Shown: piece after piece, positions 13,305-23,486 of the stretch
Numbering within the stretch: the first letter of the stretch is position 1
Layout: each line of letters starts with the position of its first letter
Assembly (NCBI RefSeq): GCF_947241125.1
Contig: NZ_OX365700.1
Span: 3,916,461 to 3,940,460, forward strand
Reading direction: 5' to 3'
DNA: 24,000 nucleotides
Origin: Nitrospira tepida
GTDB taxonomy: Bacteria > Nitrospirota > Nitrospiria > Nitrospirales > Nitrospiraceae
Notes under the pieces: generated by a model
What the model saw: the letters and a program-made list of their open reading frames with translations, nothing else
Told to the model about the DNA's origin: nothing
Databases searched by the model: none
Made by a program: the position numbers and the translations under genes

Positions 13305-14354
13305 ATGGTCTGGAATCCCAAAGATCCCTGGAGCAGAAACGACCCGGGAGTGGATGAAGCGCTTCGCAAGGCTTCGGCCCAACTCCGGGAGATGATGCCT
13401 CGACGGGGGGCGCGCTCGATAGTCCTCGTCATTCTCGCCATTGTTCTCGCGTTCCAAAGCGCTTTTATCGTCGCTCCGGACGAAGAGGGCGTCGTTAAAC
13501 GGTTCGGCGACGTCGTCCGCACGGTCGGGCCTGGTCCTCACCTCAAGCTGCCGTTCATCGAATCGGTGCTGCACCCCAAGGTGGCCAAGTTGCACCGGCT
13601 GGAGGTCGGGTTCCGAAAGGACGCCCGCGGGCAGTCTGTGATGATTCCCCGCGAAGCCCTCATGCTGACCGGCGACGAAAACATCATCGCTGTGGAATTC
13701 ATCGTCCAGTACAAGATCAAGAACGCGCGGCACTATCTATTCGAGGTGGATGATGTGGAGGATACCGTCGCCGAAGCGGCGGAGGCCTCCATGCGCGAGG
13801 TGATCGGCAAAACGAAGATCGACGACGCCTTAACGACCGGCAAGGCTCAGATCCAGCAAGGCACGCAGGACCTGCTACAGAGCATTCTCGACCGCTACAA
13901 CGCCGGCGTCCATATTGCAGCCGTGCAGCTCCAAGACGTCGATCCTCCCGAAGCCGTCGTCGCCGCGTTCAAGGATGTCGCCAGCGCCAAGGAAGACCGG
14001 GAGCGTCTGATCAACCAGGCGCAAGGTTATCGCAACGACATCATCCCGCGGGCGAAAGGACAAGCGGCCCAAGTGGTCAATGAGGCCAAGGGGCAAGCTC
14101 AGGCGCGGGTCGCCAGAGCCGAGGGGGAGGCGGCTCGTTTCGTCAAGACGTTGAAAGAATACCAACAGGCCAAGGACGTCATTGCGAAACGCATTTACAT
14201 CGAGACGATGGAACAGGTGCTGTCCGGCGTGGAGAAGATAATCCTGGATAGTAAGACTGGCGACCGCGTGCTGCCCTATTTACCGCTCGATCGGCTCCAG
14301 AAGAGACCCCGTCAGACCGGTTCGGAAAGCGGCGCCGAACGAGGAGGCCCCTGA
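13305..14354 (+). CDS. hflK: FtsH protease modulator HflK
   Basis: 349 aa with an N-terminal TM helix and an SPFH/band-7 domain (FIVAPDEEGVVKRFG...), followed immediately by hflC. Confidence 0.9.
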   Translation: MVWNPKDPWSRNDPGVDEALRKASAQLREMMPRRGARSIVLVILAIVLAFQSAFIVAPDEEGVVKRFGDVVRTVGPGPHLKLPFIESVLHPKVAKLHRLEVGFRKDARGQSVMIPREALMLTGDENIIAVEFIVQYKIKNARHYLFEVDDVEDTVAEAAEASMREVIGKTKIDDALTTGKAQIQQGTQDLLQSILDRYNAGVHIAAVQLQDVDPPEAVVAAFKDVASAKEDRERLINQAQGYRNDIIPRAKGQAAQVVNEAKGQAQARVARAEGEAARFVKTLKEYQQAKDVIAKRIYIETMEQVLSGVEKIILDSKTGDRVLPYLPLDRLQKRPRQTGSESGAERGGP

Positions 14355-14356
14355 AC

Positions 14357-15211
14357 ATGAAGAACCTGATCGTGGGCATCCTGGCGGTACTGGTTCTGTT
14401 GTTTGTATTCGGCGCCTCCCCGCTGTACGTGGTGGACGTGACACAAAGCGCGATCGTCGTCGAGTTGGGCAAGCCCGTCCGAACCGTCACCGTGCCTGGC
14501 CTCTACGTCAAGACTCCGTTCATCCAGGACGTCACGTACTTCGACAAACGCCTGCTCGATTACGACTCGGCCCCACAGGACGTGATTACCCAGGACAAGA
14601 AGACTCTGGTAATCGACAACTTCGCCAAGTGGCGGATTACCGACCCCCTCAAGGTGTATCAGGCCTTTCAGTCCCAGGCTGGCGCGCTCCGGCGTCTGGA
14701 CGACATCATTTACTCGGAACTGCGGGTGGAAGTGGGCCGCCACGATCTTTCGGAGATTGTTTCCCAGACACGGTCCGACATCATGCACATCGTCACCGAG
14801 CGCGCCAATGAAAAGGCATCGGCCTACGGCATCGCGATCGACGACGTGCGGATCAAGCGCGCGGACCTGCCGGAACAGAACGAGAAAAACGTGTTTGCAC
14901 GCATGCAGGCGGAACGCGAACGGCAGGCCAAACAGTACCGTGCGGAAGGAGACGAGGAAGCCCAAAAAATACGCTCCGAAGCCGAGCGTGACCGAGAAAT
15001 CATCCTGGCAGAGGCCTACAAGGCTGCCGAACAACTACGCGGAGGTGGAGATGCGGAGGCCTTCCGCATCTATGCCAATGCGTACCGGCAGGACCCGAAA
15101 TTTTTTGAGCTGACCCGTTATATGGAGGCGTACAAGAAGAGTCTGGCCAAGGATACGTCGGTCATCCTCAGTCTGGACTCCGAATTTCTCCGGCTTTTCA
15201 AACAGCCCTAA
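14357..15211 (+). CDS. hflC: FtsH protease modulator HflC
   Basis: 284 aa with an N-terminal TM helix and an SPFH domain (PLYVVDVTQSAIVVELGKP...). The start is 2 nt after the hflK stop. Confidence 0.9.
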   Translation: MKNLIVGILAVLVLLFVFGASPLYVVDVTQSAIVVELGKPVRTVTVPGLYVKTPFIQDVTYFDKRLLDYDSAPQDVITQDKKTLVIDNFAKWRITDPLKVYQAFQSQAGALRRLDDIIYSELRVEVGRHDLSEIVSQTRSDIMHIVTERANEKASAYGIAIDDVRIKRADLPEQNEKNVFARMQAERERQAKQYRAEGDEEAQKIRSEAERDREIILAEAYKAAEQLRGGGDAEAFRIYANAYRQDPKFFELTRYMEAYKKSLAKDTSVILSLDSEFLRLFKQP

Positions 15212-15217
15212 CCAGGT

Positions 15218-16891
15218 TCACCTCAGGCCGCGGATCTCTCCTGTTTCATGGTCCAGGCTGATTCCTTCACCAGCCGGCACCTTCGGCAACCCCGGCATCA
15301 GTTGCATGCCCGAACAGACCGCGGTCAGAAAGCCCGCGCCGGAAAGAATGCGCACTTCTTTGATGGGAATCGTAAACCCCGTAGGTCGACCTTTCAGCAA
15401 TGGGTCGTGAGACAGCGAAAGCGGCGTCTTGGCCATACAAATGGGCAGATGGCTGAACCCCAACTGTGTCGCACGCTCGATATCCCGCTCCGCCTGCGGG
15501 TCGTAGGCGACCTGTCCTGCTCCGTACATGCTCGTGGCAATCGCATGAATCTTGCCCTTGATCGTGTCCGTGTCCTTGTAGAGGGGTGTATAGCGGACCG
15601 GTTGATCAGCCACTCTGATGACGGTCTGTGCGAGATCCGATGCGCCTTTCCCGCCTTCCTGGAAGTGAGTTGACACGGATGCACCGGCCGCGCCCAGGTC
15701 GAGCGCGCGTGTCCTTACCCACTCCAACTCGTCCCCGGAATCTTCCGGAAAGGCATTCACAGCCACCACGACGGGGACCCCGTACGTCCGGATGTTGGCG
15801 ATGTGTTGAGCGAGATTGTCCAGCCCTTTTTCTAGGGCTTGCCGGTTGGGGTCTGTGAGACTCGCCGGTAACGGGCGACCGGGCTTCACTGTCCCTCCCC
15901 CTCCGTGGAGCTTCAACGCTCGCAAGGTTGCAACCACCACCGCGGCATTGGGGACCAATCCTGAAACTCTGCATTTGATATTGAAAAACTTTTCTGCTCC
16001 CAGGTCGCTCCCAAAGCCTGCTTCGGTCACCACATAATCCGCATGGCGCAACGCGATTTCATCGGCCAGCACGGAACAATTTCCATGTGCGATATTCCCA
16101 AACGGCCCCGCATGAACCAGCGCGGGAGTTCCTTCCGAAGTTTGAACAAGATTCGGGAGAAGCGCCTCTTGAAGGAGCACTTCCATGGCGCCCGCACAAC
16201 GAAGGTCTTCCGCAAACACGGGCTTCCCACTCGTCGTCATACCAACGAAGATACGGCCCAGCCGTTGGCGAAGGTCCGATCGATCTCTGGCAAGAGCCAG
16301 GATGGCCATGACCTCTGATGCTTCTGTAATGACAAACTGCGCTTCCCGTCCTTTGACCTGATTATGTCCAGGAACAGTGACATGTCGAAGAGCTCGATCG
16401 CTGATCGCCATCGCCCTCGGCCACGTGATCGACCGAGGATCGAGCGACAGCTCATTCCCATGAAACAAATGATTGTCGGTAAACGCGGCGAGGAGATTGT
16501 GGCTGGCGGCAACCGCATAGGCATCGCCCGTCAGGTGGAGATTGATATCGTGCATGGGCTCAAGTTGGGCCTTTCCTCCGCCGGTACCGCCTCCCTTGAT
16601 CCCAAAGACCGGTCCAAGCGAAGGCTGTCGAAGCGTCACCACAGCTCTTTGACCCATGTCACAAAGTCCCATCGCCAATCCGATCGCCGTGGTCGTCTTC
16701 CCTTCGCCCAACGGGGTCGGATTGATGGCTGTTACCAACACATATCGAGCACCAGACGAACGCGGCTTCTGCTGCGCGACCTCTAGCCGAACTTTGGCTT
16801 TTCCGATTCCATAAGGGATCCAATCTCCCTGTTGGAGTCCCATCTCGTGAGCAACTTCAGAGATCTCCTTGGAAATATGAGACATCGTCAT
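15218..16891 (-). CDS. fhs: Formate--tetrahydrofolate ligase
   Basis: 557 aa containing INPTPLGEGKTTTAIGL (P-loop) and the PALVHAGPFGNIAHG motif. Confidence 0.95.
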   Translation of the reverse strand: MTMSHISKEISEVAHEMGLQQGDWIPYGIGKAKVRLEVAQQKPRSSGARYVLVTAINPTPLGEGKTTTAIGLAMGLCDMGQRAVVTLRQPSLGPVFGIKGGGTGGGKAQLEPMHDINLHLTGDAYAVAASHNLLAAFTDNHLFHGNELSLDPRSITWPRAMAISDRALRHVTVPGHNQVKGREAQFVITEASEVMAILALARDRSDLRQRLGRIFVGMTTSGKPVFAEDLRCAGAMEVLLQEALLPNLVQTSEGTPALVHAGPFGNIAHGNCSVLADEIALRHADYVVTEAGFGSDLGAEKFFNIKCRVSGLVPNAAVVVATLRALKLHGGGGTVKPGRPLPASLTDPNRQALEKGLDNLAQHIANIRTYGVPVVVAVNAFPEDSGDELEWVRTRALDLGAAGASVSTHFQEGGKGASDLAQTVIRVADQPVRYTPLYKDTDTIKGKIHAIATSMYGAGQVAYDPQAERDIERATQLGFSHLPICMAKTPLSLSHDPLLKGRPTGFTIPIKEVRILSGAGFLTAVCSGMQLMPGLPKVPAGEGISLDHETGEIRGLR

Positions 16892-17129
16892 TTCCTCACC
16901 GGTCTTATGAGCTATCGTTTCAAGCGGGTACGGGTTGTATGAGTTGTATAAGAGGAATGCACCAAGGATTTCTGTGAATCAGTCTCGCTGACAGCAGACA
17001 AACCGTGTTTATGCGAAATCCTGACCGCACATGCATGCTCTACAAGTGGGCAGTTCCGAAGAAGGGAAACCAGGAAATCCTTGAGTTCTTGCACTGGCCA
17101 GAGAGAGGAGGGAACCAGAGAAGAGTAAA

Positions 17130-18236
17130 CTAATCCAGAATATACTTGTTAGGGTCAATGGCCTGACCATTGACCTTGACCATGTAATGCAGATGAGGTC
17201 CCGTTGATAACCCTGTGCTGCCGACAAGCGCGATCACATCTCCCCGTTTTACACGCTGTCCCTCTTTAACCAAGGCTTTCGCCAGATGCCCGTAGACCGT
17301 TTCGACTCCATATCCATGATCAAGGCGAACCAAATTCCCCATCTTCGCATCGTGCCCGGTCATGGTGACACGACCGGCAGCCGGAGCCTGTATCGGAGCA
17401 TTGGGGGCCGCACCGATATCAAGCCCGTCGTGCCATCCTGGCTTCTCGGTGAACGGGGAGATTCGCGGTCCAAACCCGGATGTCACCCACCCACGGACCG
17501 GCCAGATAGAAGGAGTCGAGGCCCACCGGAAAGACCGCTGCTCCGCCGCCTGTGAAAGTTCCTGGAGAGTCCGCTCTTGAACGGATGCCTCCGCGGCAAG
17601 ACGCTCAATCTCTTGTTTCACGCGGTTTACTAACTGTTCTTGGGGGGTATCGTCGGAAATTGCAGAGGACCGAACTATACTCGACTCCGCTTTGCCGCTA
17701 TCGAGCACGGAATTGGAGAGAGCCCTCTCTCCTAATGCGGAATTTGAATCCTCAATCTCACCATCTGAAGATTCACCCATTGGTTCGGCATCACCACCCT
17801 GGCCGTTCATGAGATCTCCCGGCTTCACCTCCTCAATTCCTAGCATTACACGAAGCCGTTGATTGATCTCCCTCATCGCCGTCAGTCGACGCTTGAGGTC
17901 GTCCACGGCAGTGGAAAAAGCGGCGGTTTGGGCTCGAGCGCTCAGCGCCTCGGACCGAAAGGCGGCTAGCTCCCAGACCTCTCCGGTTCTGACAATGTAG
18001 TGGGAGATAACCAGGAGATCGGCTACCAAGAGGATCAAGCCGACAATCAAGGCCTTCTGGACGAATTTTCGGGGGAAATTAAAGCGAAGCGGCTTTGCCG
18101 TGGACCCTCGAAAAATAACCACCGTATAAGAGTCGCTCTGATCGCTACTGTGGCCCATGTGATGAATCCATAAGTTCTTGCCAGAAAACTCTTCACATTC
18201 TTTGAGGAGTCTAGCTAACCAATCCCAACCGGTCAA
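17130..18236 (-). CDS. M23-family peptidoglycan metalloendopeptidase
   Basis: TM helix, then a coiled-coil region, then a C-terminal LytM domain (HDGLDI...GYGVETVYGHL...STGPHLHYMVKVNG). The true start may be the internal MGHSSD at 18158. Confidence 0.85.
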   Translation of the reverse strand: MTGWDWLARLLKECEEFSGKNLWIHHMGHSSDQSDSYTVVIFRGSTAKPLRFNFPRKFVQKALIVGLILLVADLLVISHYIVRTGEVWELAAFRSEALSARAQTAAFSTAVDDLKRRLTAMREINQRLRVMLGIEEVKPGDLMNGQGGDAEPMGESSDGEIEDSNSALGERALSNSVLDSGKAESSIVRSSAISDDTPQEQLVNRVKQEIERLAAEASVQERTLQELSQAAEQRSFRWASTPSIWPVRGWVTSGFGPRISPFTEKPGWHDGLDIGAAPNAPIQAPAAGRVTMTGHDAKMGNLVRLDHGYGVETVYGHLAKALVKEGQRVKRGDVIALVGSTGLSTGPHLHYMVKVNGQAIDPNKYILD

Positions 18237-18273
18237 TGTAAAAGTTCGCGCAATTTTTCGTCTTTAAAACCGG

Positions 18274-18588
18274 CTACTTACGAACTGAGCTTCTGACCCA
18301 ATCAAGATAGTCGGGAAGGCCCTTCGTGATGGATACTGCCACTATCTCTGGGACAGCATAGCTATGGAGTCCCTTAATTCTCTTCTGCAACCTTTCATAA
18401 CAGCGGGCGGTGGTCTTGATCATCATCAATGACTCCGCGCTTTCCTGTATTTTCCCATTCCATCGATAGAGCGACTGACATGTGCCGAGGATCGTGACAC
18501 AAGCGGCCAGTTGCTCACTGATCACCGCTTTTCCGATCCTCTTTGCCACCCAGGCCGATTTAGTTGTAACAAAAACAATGACTTCCAT
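18274..18588 (-). CDS. cutA: Divalent-cation tolerance protein CutA
   Basis: MEVIVFVTTKSAWVAKRIGKAVISEQLAACVTILGTCQSLYRWNGKIQESAESLMMIKT..., about 104 aa. I chose the start at 18588 rather than the track's 18690. Confidence 0.8.
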   Translation of the reverse strand: MEVIVFVTTKSAWVAKRIGKAVISEQLAACVTILGTCQSLYRWNGKIQESAESLMMIKTTARCYERLQKRIKGLHSYAVPEIVAVSITKGLPDYLDWVRSSVRK

Positions 18589-18654
18589 ACTCTGTCTCAC
18601 AACGGCCTCCCCAGGCCCGATACCAATCGAAGTACTGTCCGCAAATTCCGGGAG

Positions 18655-18684
18655 TTGACACGATCTGCCACACCTCCCTATTGT
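18655..18684 (+). promoter_or_regulatory. Candidate sigma70-type promoter for the rhodanese gene
   Basis: TTGACA (18655-18660), 18-nt spacer, TATTGT (18679-18684). Confidence 0.4.
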
Positions 18685-18738
18685 TAACAAAAAACCACGG
18701 CCTATGTCTCTAAGCTTTTGCCAACCGGAGGAGATGTT

Positions 18739-19062
18739 ATGGGCTTTACGATTACGCCGCGAGAACTAAAGGAGCAGCTCGATAAAGGGAACAAGCCGGT
18801 CTTGTTGGATGTGCGGGAACCCTGGGAATATTCCTTGGCCAAGCTTGAGGGGTCCCTCCTCATTCCGCTTGGGACACTGCCGCATTCGTTGGATCAACTA
18901 GATCGGAATGCCGAGATCATCGCCTACTGTCATCACGGCATGAGAAGCGCCGACGCGACGAGTTTCCTGCTCCAGCAGGGGTTTGCCAACGTAAAGAATC
19001 TCATCGGGGGAATCGATGCGTGGAGTGTTCAGGTGGACGCCTCTGTTCCGCGCTATCGATAA
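18739..19062 (+). CDS. Single-domain rhodanese (sulfurtransferase)
   Basis: VLLDVREPWEY...IIAYCHHGMRSADAT has the active-site loop CHHGMRS. GGAGGAG RBS precedes ATG 18739. Confidence 0.85.
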   Translation: MGFTITPRELKEQLDKGNKPVLLDVREPWEYSLAKLEGSLLIPLGTLPHSLDQLDRNAEIIAYCHHGMRSADATSFLLQQGFANVKNLIGGIDAWSVQVDASVPRYR

Positions 19063-19097
19063 TGGCACCTGAACGGCGAGGATTGTTCCGGAGTTCG

Positions 19098-20021
19098 CTA
19101 CCTCAATCGCCCGCTGAAATACTCGACAGTCTTGCGCAGGCCATCGGACAGGCCGACTTTAGGTTCCCATCCTAATTGCTGGCGGAGCTTGGTTGCGTCG
19201 ATGGTGCTCCGCAACTGTTCACCCTTTTTCGCGGGGCCATGTACCTCCTTGCAGTCCGATTTCGTCAGTTCTTTGAGGATGGCAAAGAGTTCATTCACCG
19301 TCGTTTCCGAAGACGTGCCCACATTGAACACGCCTTCGATTCCCTGGCCCATGACCAATAGATTGGCCTCGACGACGTCCTCCACAAAAACGAAATCCCG
19401 CGTTTGCCGTCCGTTTCCATTGATCACCGGCTGCTCTCCTGTCAACATCTTCTGAATAAAAATCGCGACGACTCCCGCTTCGCCCTCAGGATCTTGCCGA
19501 GGCCCGTATACATTGGCAAAGCGCAGGCTGACGGCCTGGATGCCGCTGGCGCGCTGGTAGTACGACAGATAATGCTCGCCGCTGAGCTTGCTGATTCCGT
19601 ACGGCGACAAGGGCCGGGTGGGATGCGATTCAGGAGCGGGGAAAATGTCCTGTTCGCCATAAATGGCCCCTCCGGATGAGGCGAACACCACTTTCCTTGC
19701 GCCGTGTCGGGCGGCCTGTTCTATCACGTTCAAGGTGCCTAGAATATTGACGCTCGCATCGAACATCGGATCGTCGACGGAACGCCGCACGTTCATCTGA
19801 GCCGCGAGATGCATGATGACCGATGGACGTTCATTGCGAAACACCCGCTCCAATCGGGAACTTTGGATGTCCGCTTTATAGAAGGTTGCCGCACGATTCA
19901 CGTTCTTTCGCTTCCCCGTCGACAAGTTGTCCACAACCACGACATCATGGCCTTCTTGAACCAGCCGATCGACGAGATGAGACCCGATAAACCCCGCCCC
20001 CCCTGTCACCAAAACCTTCAT
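19098..20021 (-). CDS. NAD-dependent epimerase/dehydratase (UDP-glucose 4-epimerase-like SDR)
   Basis: MKVLVTGGAGFIGSHLV (GxxGxxG motif) and the YGISK catalytic YxxxK motif. Confidence 0.85.
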   Translation of the reverse strand: MKVLVTGGAGFIGSHLVDRLVQEGHDVVVVDNLSTGKRKNVNRAATFYKADIQSSRLERVFRNERPSVIMHLAAQMNVRRSVDDPMFDASVNILGTLNVIEQAARHGARKVVFASSGGAIYGEQDIFPAPESHPTRPLSPYGISKLSGEHYLSYYQRASGIQAVSLRFANVYGPRQDPEGEAGVVAIFIQKMLTGEQPVINGNGRQTRDFVFVEDVVEANLLVMGQGIEGVFNVGTSSETTVNELFAILKELTKSDCKEVHGPAKKGEQLRSTIDATKLRQQLGWEPKVGLSDGLRKTVEYFSGRLR

Positions 20022-20022
20022 G

Positions 20023-20871
20023 TCAACCTCTCACCTCATGCCCCGATGATCCAAGTCGCCCGGACCCATCTCGACCTTCCATAACCGATTGGTCACATCT
20101 ACCTCCACCCCATCTCCAGCCAACCAAGAATTCTCTGTTCCCCTTCTGGCCGGCAATGGGAGAATCGAGGCTTGACACATAGGTTAGACCACAGCCCTGT
20201 GCAAATGTCACGATCTTTTCGAGAACGGCCTGACGCTGGCCCTCTTGACGAACAATCCCACCCCGGCCGACCTGCCCTTTCCCCACCTCGAACTGGGGCT
20301 TGACCAGCGCAACCAGCCAGGCACCGCCAGCGAGGTAGTGGACGACAACCGGGAGGACGAGTGTCAACGAAATAAACGAGACATCGACCACGGCAATGTG
20401 GATTGGCTCCGGGATACGATCAGGAGAGAGATACCGAATGTTTTGACGATCGATGACGACAACACGATGGTCCTGGCGAAGCGACCAAGCCAGTTGCCCG
20501 TATCCGACATCTACCGCATAAACACGCGCGACGCCTCGACGCAGCAGACAATCCGTAAACCCTCCCGTTGACGCACCGACGTCCATGGCGATCCAGCCCG
20601 TCGGGATGATTCCAAACGCATCGAGCGCCACCGCCAATTTCTCTCCGCTTCGGCTGACATAGCAGGTTTCTCGCTTCGTCAACTCGATGGACTCATCTGC
20701 GCGAACAAGGGTCGCCGGCTTGTCGATCACTTTTCCTGCGATACGAACCGTTCCCGCCATGATCAACCGAACCGCCTGTTCTCGGCTCCGTGCGAGACCG
20801 CTTCGGACCAACACCAAGTCCAACCGCTCGCGAGGCAACTCTCGGGGCGAATTCTTACCGATCGATGGCAC
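20023..20871 (-). CDS. tlyA: TlyA-family rRNA 2'-O-methyltransferase
   Basis: S4 domain (RLDLVLVRSGLARSREQAVRLIMAG) plus an FtsJ-like methyltransferase domain (MDVGASTGGFTDCLL). It has a roughly 25-aa Gly/Arg-rich C-terminal tail. Confidence 0.85.
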   Translation of the reverse strand: MPSIGKNSPRELPRERLDLVLVRSGLARSREQAVRLIMAGTVRIAGKVIDKPATLVRADESIELTKRETCYVSRSGEKLAVALDAFGIIPTGWIAMDVGASTGGFTDCLLRRGVARVYAVDVGYGQLAWSLRQDHRVVVIDRQNIRYLSPDRIPEPIHIAVVDVSFISLTLVLPVVVHYLAGGAWLVALVKPQFEVGKGQVGRGGIVRQEGQRQAVLEKIVTFAQGCGLTYVSSLDSPIAGQKGNREFLVGWRWGGGRCDQSVMEGRDGSGRLGSSGHEVRG

Positions 20872-20901
20872 GGTGGGGACGGGCGAGGTCGATTGAAAAT
20901 C

Positions 20902-21159
20902 TTAGGAAAGTGACGATGGCTGATCGCCATCCATGTCGTCTAATGTTACGGCACGCAAGCTCCGTTTTCCGTCTCGATCCTGCACAAGGATTTCCACTTT
21001 CCGCTCGGCCTCATTGAGCATCTTCAGACAGGTTTTCGACAAGCGGATGCCTTCCTCGAAGATCTTCAGAGATTCATCAAGCGGGAGTTCGCCCCGCTCC
21101 AGTTCTTCGACGATGGTTTCAAGCCGAGCCATCGCTTGCTCAAATTTCACAGCCGCCAC
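20902..21159 (-). CDS. xseB: Exodeoxyribonuclease VII small subunit
   Basis: FEQAMARLETIVEELERGELPLDESLKIFEEGIRLSKTC is the typical XseB sequence. It lies downstream of xseA. Confidence 0.9.
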   Translation of the reverse strand: MAAVKFEQAMARLETIVEELERGELPLDESLKIFEEGIRLSKTCLKMLNEAERKVEILVQDRDGKRSLRAVTLDDMDGDQPSSLS

Positions 21160-21213
21160 AATGTTCCTCCTGAAGCAACTCTCGCGTCATTATTGCGCCC
21201 GGCCTGACGGAGG

Positions 21214-22611
21214 TCAAGCCGAGTCAGGGCCGCCATGAATTTCGCGAACTTGACACAGGAGATGGCCGACGGCGACCCTAGCCTTGATTATCTGCCCCAC
21301 TCGAACCTGATCGGCGCGCCACACCACCTGCCCCTGCGGCAGAGTTTGCAACACGCTGAAACCTCGCTGCAAAGTGGCCAACGGACTGAGGCTGTGAAGT
21401 TGCCCCAGAAGACGCGCCAGTGGGTGCCGCCGCTTCGACAGGAACACGTTCACATGATCCCTGAGCCGGACTTGCAAATGGGTCACCTTCAGGACCGAGG
21501 CGCGGACAGTCTGGTGCGGACCATAAGCCAATATCCCATAGGAAAGCTTCTGGAGTCGGTGCCGTCGATCGGACTGATCACGAACCACCTTCGACTGCAA
21601 GCGAGACCAGGCATCATCAAGCCGCTGGGCGTGACGATAGACGGGGAACGCCCGTTCCCGCAGGCGCCCTTCGATGACCAGGCAGGACCGCCGAGCCAAG
21701 TCGATGCGATGCCGCATGGCCCTGCGCAGCCTGACCGAACGGTCCCCGATCTGCGTCAGCAACTCATCCAGGACCGGCACGACTGCTTCCGCCGCTGCAG
21801 ACGGGGTCGGGGCGCGACAGTCCGCAGCAAAATCCGCCAATGTCACGTCCGTTTCATGCCCGACGGCCGACACCACCGGCACGGAAGAAGCGACAATGGC
21901 TCGCACGACCCGCTCGTCATTAAAGCACCACAGGTCTTCGAGCGACCCCCCGCCGCGCCCCACAATCATCACGTCGATCAATTGAGAGGCACCTAACGCC
22001 GCAATGGCCTCCGCGATCAATGGGGCCGCGTCCGCTCCTTGAACCGGCACCGGCGCCACGACGATATGCGCAATAGGACAGCGCCGCTCCATCACCACGA
22101 GCATGTCATGGAGCGCGGCCCCCGCCAGCGAGGACACGATGCCGACACGCTTTGGCAGAAACGGGAGCGGACGTTTCTTGGTCGAGTCGAACAGGCCTTC
22201 ACCGGCCAATCGCTCTTTCAGTTGTTCAAAGGCAAGCTGGAGCGCCCCGATGCCTTTCGGCTCCGCATACTCCACCACCACCTGATAGTCGCCCCGCGGT
22301 TCGTAGACCGACAGCCGTCCGCGCACGATCACATGCAGCCCTTCGCGCAGGTCGAACCGAAGCTGTTGCGCAGCCAGGCGGAAGAGAATCGCCCGAATCT
22401 GGCTGGCCTCATCCTTGAGGGTAAAGTACACATGGCCCGAGGCCGGCATCCGCACGTTGGACACCTCCCCTTCAAGCCAAATGTCTCGGAAGGGTTCTTC
22501 CAGGTGGGAACGAATCAACGCCGTGAGCGCGGAGACCGTCAGAATGCGGGCGCGCGTCTCGGGCTGAAACAACGATGGTTGGTGAGATGATGGCGACAGT
22601 CGCGTGCTCAT
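21214..22611 (-). CDS. xseA: Exodeoxyribonuclease VII large subunit
   Basis: 465 aa with an N-terminal OB fold (WLEGEVSNVRMPASGHVYFTLKD) and the catalytic region GRGGGSLEDLWCFN. Confidence 0.9.
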   Translation of the reverse strand: MSTRLSPSSHQPSLFQPETRARILTVSALTALIRSHLEEPFRDIWLEGEVSNVRMPASGHVYFTLKDEASQIRAILFRLAAQQLRFDLREGLHVIVRGRLSVYEPRGDYQVVVEYAEPKGIGALQLAFEQLKERLAGEGLFDSTKKRPLPFLPKRVGIVSSLAGAALHDMLVVMERRCPIAHIVVAPVPVQGADAAPLIAEAIAALGASQLIDVMIVGRGGGSLEDLWCFNDERVVRAIVASSVPVVSAVGHETDVTLADFAADCRAPTPSAAAEAVVPVLDELLTQIGDRSVRLRRAMRHRIDLARRSCLVIEGRLRERAFPVYRHAQRLDDAWSRLQSKVVRDQSDRRHRLQKLSYGILAYGPHQTVRASVLKVTHLQVRLRDHVNVFLSKRRHPLARLLGQLHSLSPLATLQRGFSVLQTLPQGQVVWRADQVRVGQIIKARVAVGHLLCQVREIHGGPDSA

Positions 22612-23387
22612 TCGCTGAGCCGGAAGCGTTCGATCCGAAGGGCTTTCCCCAGACGGCCGTCCAACTCGACCAAGACTGCACAGAAAATGGCCGGACCGCC
22701 GGCCACTTCAAAGCGCCTTGGCATCTGCGTCAGGAACTTCTCGATCGCCATTTCCTTCTTGATGCCGATGACCGAATGGATCGGCCCCGTCATCCCGATG
22801 TCCGTAATATAGGCCGTTCCCTTGGGCAAGATCTGCTCATCCGCCGTCTGAACGTGGGTATGAGTCCCCACCACCGCGGTCACGCTCCCGTCTAGATAAT
22901 ATCCCATGGCCATTTTTTCAGATGTGGCCTCGGCATGCATATCGACCAACACCGCGGGAGTCTCCTGCTTGAGCCGAGCGACCTCGCGCTGACCGACCTG
23001 AAAGGGACAATCGATCGTCGGGAGAAACGTTCGCCCCATCAGATGAAGAATCGCCACCTTCTCGCCACCCGGGGTCTCGACGATCACGGCCCCTGAGCCC
23101 GGAACGCCAGGCGGGTAATTGGCCGGGCGGAGGAGCCGCCGCTCGGTCTTAAAATAGTCCAGGATTTCCTTCTTGTCCCAGGCGTGGTTCCCGGTCGTGA
23201 TCACGGAGACGCCGACTTCAAACAATTCGTCGGCCAAGTCCGGCGTGATGCCGAACCCGCCGGCCGCATTCTCCGCGTTCGCCACCACCAGGTCGATCCC
23301 CTGTTGCCCGATAAGCTTGGGCAGGCAGCGGAGCACGGCCCGCCGGCCCGGCTCTCCCATGATGTCTCCGATGAGAAGAACTTTCAT
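22608..23387 (-). CDS. ymdB: YmdB-type metallophosphoesterase (2',3'-cyclic-nucleotide phosphodiesterase family)
   Basis: MKVLLIGDIMGEPGR...VVANAENAAGGFGIT...TTGNHAWDKKE. I chose the start at 23387. It lies downstream of rny, a common arrangement in bacteria. Confidence 0.85.
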   Translation of the reverse strand: MKVLLIGDIMGEPGRRAVLRCLPKLIGQQGIDLVVANAENAAGGFGITPDLADELFEVGVSVITTGNHAWDKKEILDYFKTERRLLRPANYPPGVPGSGAVIVETPGGEKVAILHLMGRTFLPTIDCPFQVGQREVARLKQETPAVLVDMHAEATSEKMAMGYYLDGSVTAVVGTHTHVQTADEQILPKGTAYITDIGMTGPIHSVIGIKKEMAIEKFLTQMPRRFEVAGGPAIFCAVLVELDGRLGKALRIERFRLSE

Positions 23388-23486
23388 GCTGCACAGTCCT
23401 CTCCGCGAACGGGAACTCTTGTGCGCCGGCCACATGCTATGGATTGTGGCCGGCGCGCAGACAGACGCCACAACAGGAAGACGGCG

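Noticed and set aside
8623-15034. Long antisense ORFs 8623..9333(-), 9853..10824(-), 12071..12862(-) and 14312..15034(-), and likewise 21235..21996(+)
   Set aside because: Each lies entirely opposite a gene with clear family motifs (arsM, arsS, the porin, hflC, xseA). Each has Arg/Gly/Pro-rich composition without recognisable domains.
16892-17129. AT-richer 238-bp region upstream of fhs: possible ZTP/THF-type riboswitch, plus the 60-aa ORF 16912..17094(-)
   Set aside because: I could not find the conserved ZTP (pfl) elements such as CCGCCTGGGCA, nor a convincing pseudoknot. The ORF starts at GTG with no SD and has no recognisable features. This is most likely just promoter/leader DNA.
20023-20110. 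A roughly 25-aa Gly/Arg-rich C-terminal tail on TlyA ending 1 nt before the next gene's start codon
   Set aside because: This is probably ordinary variation or a shifted stop. I could see no independent signal such as a repeat, motif or alternative frame.
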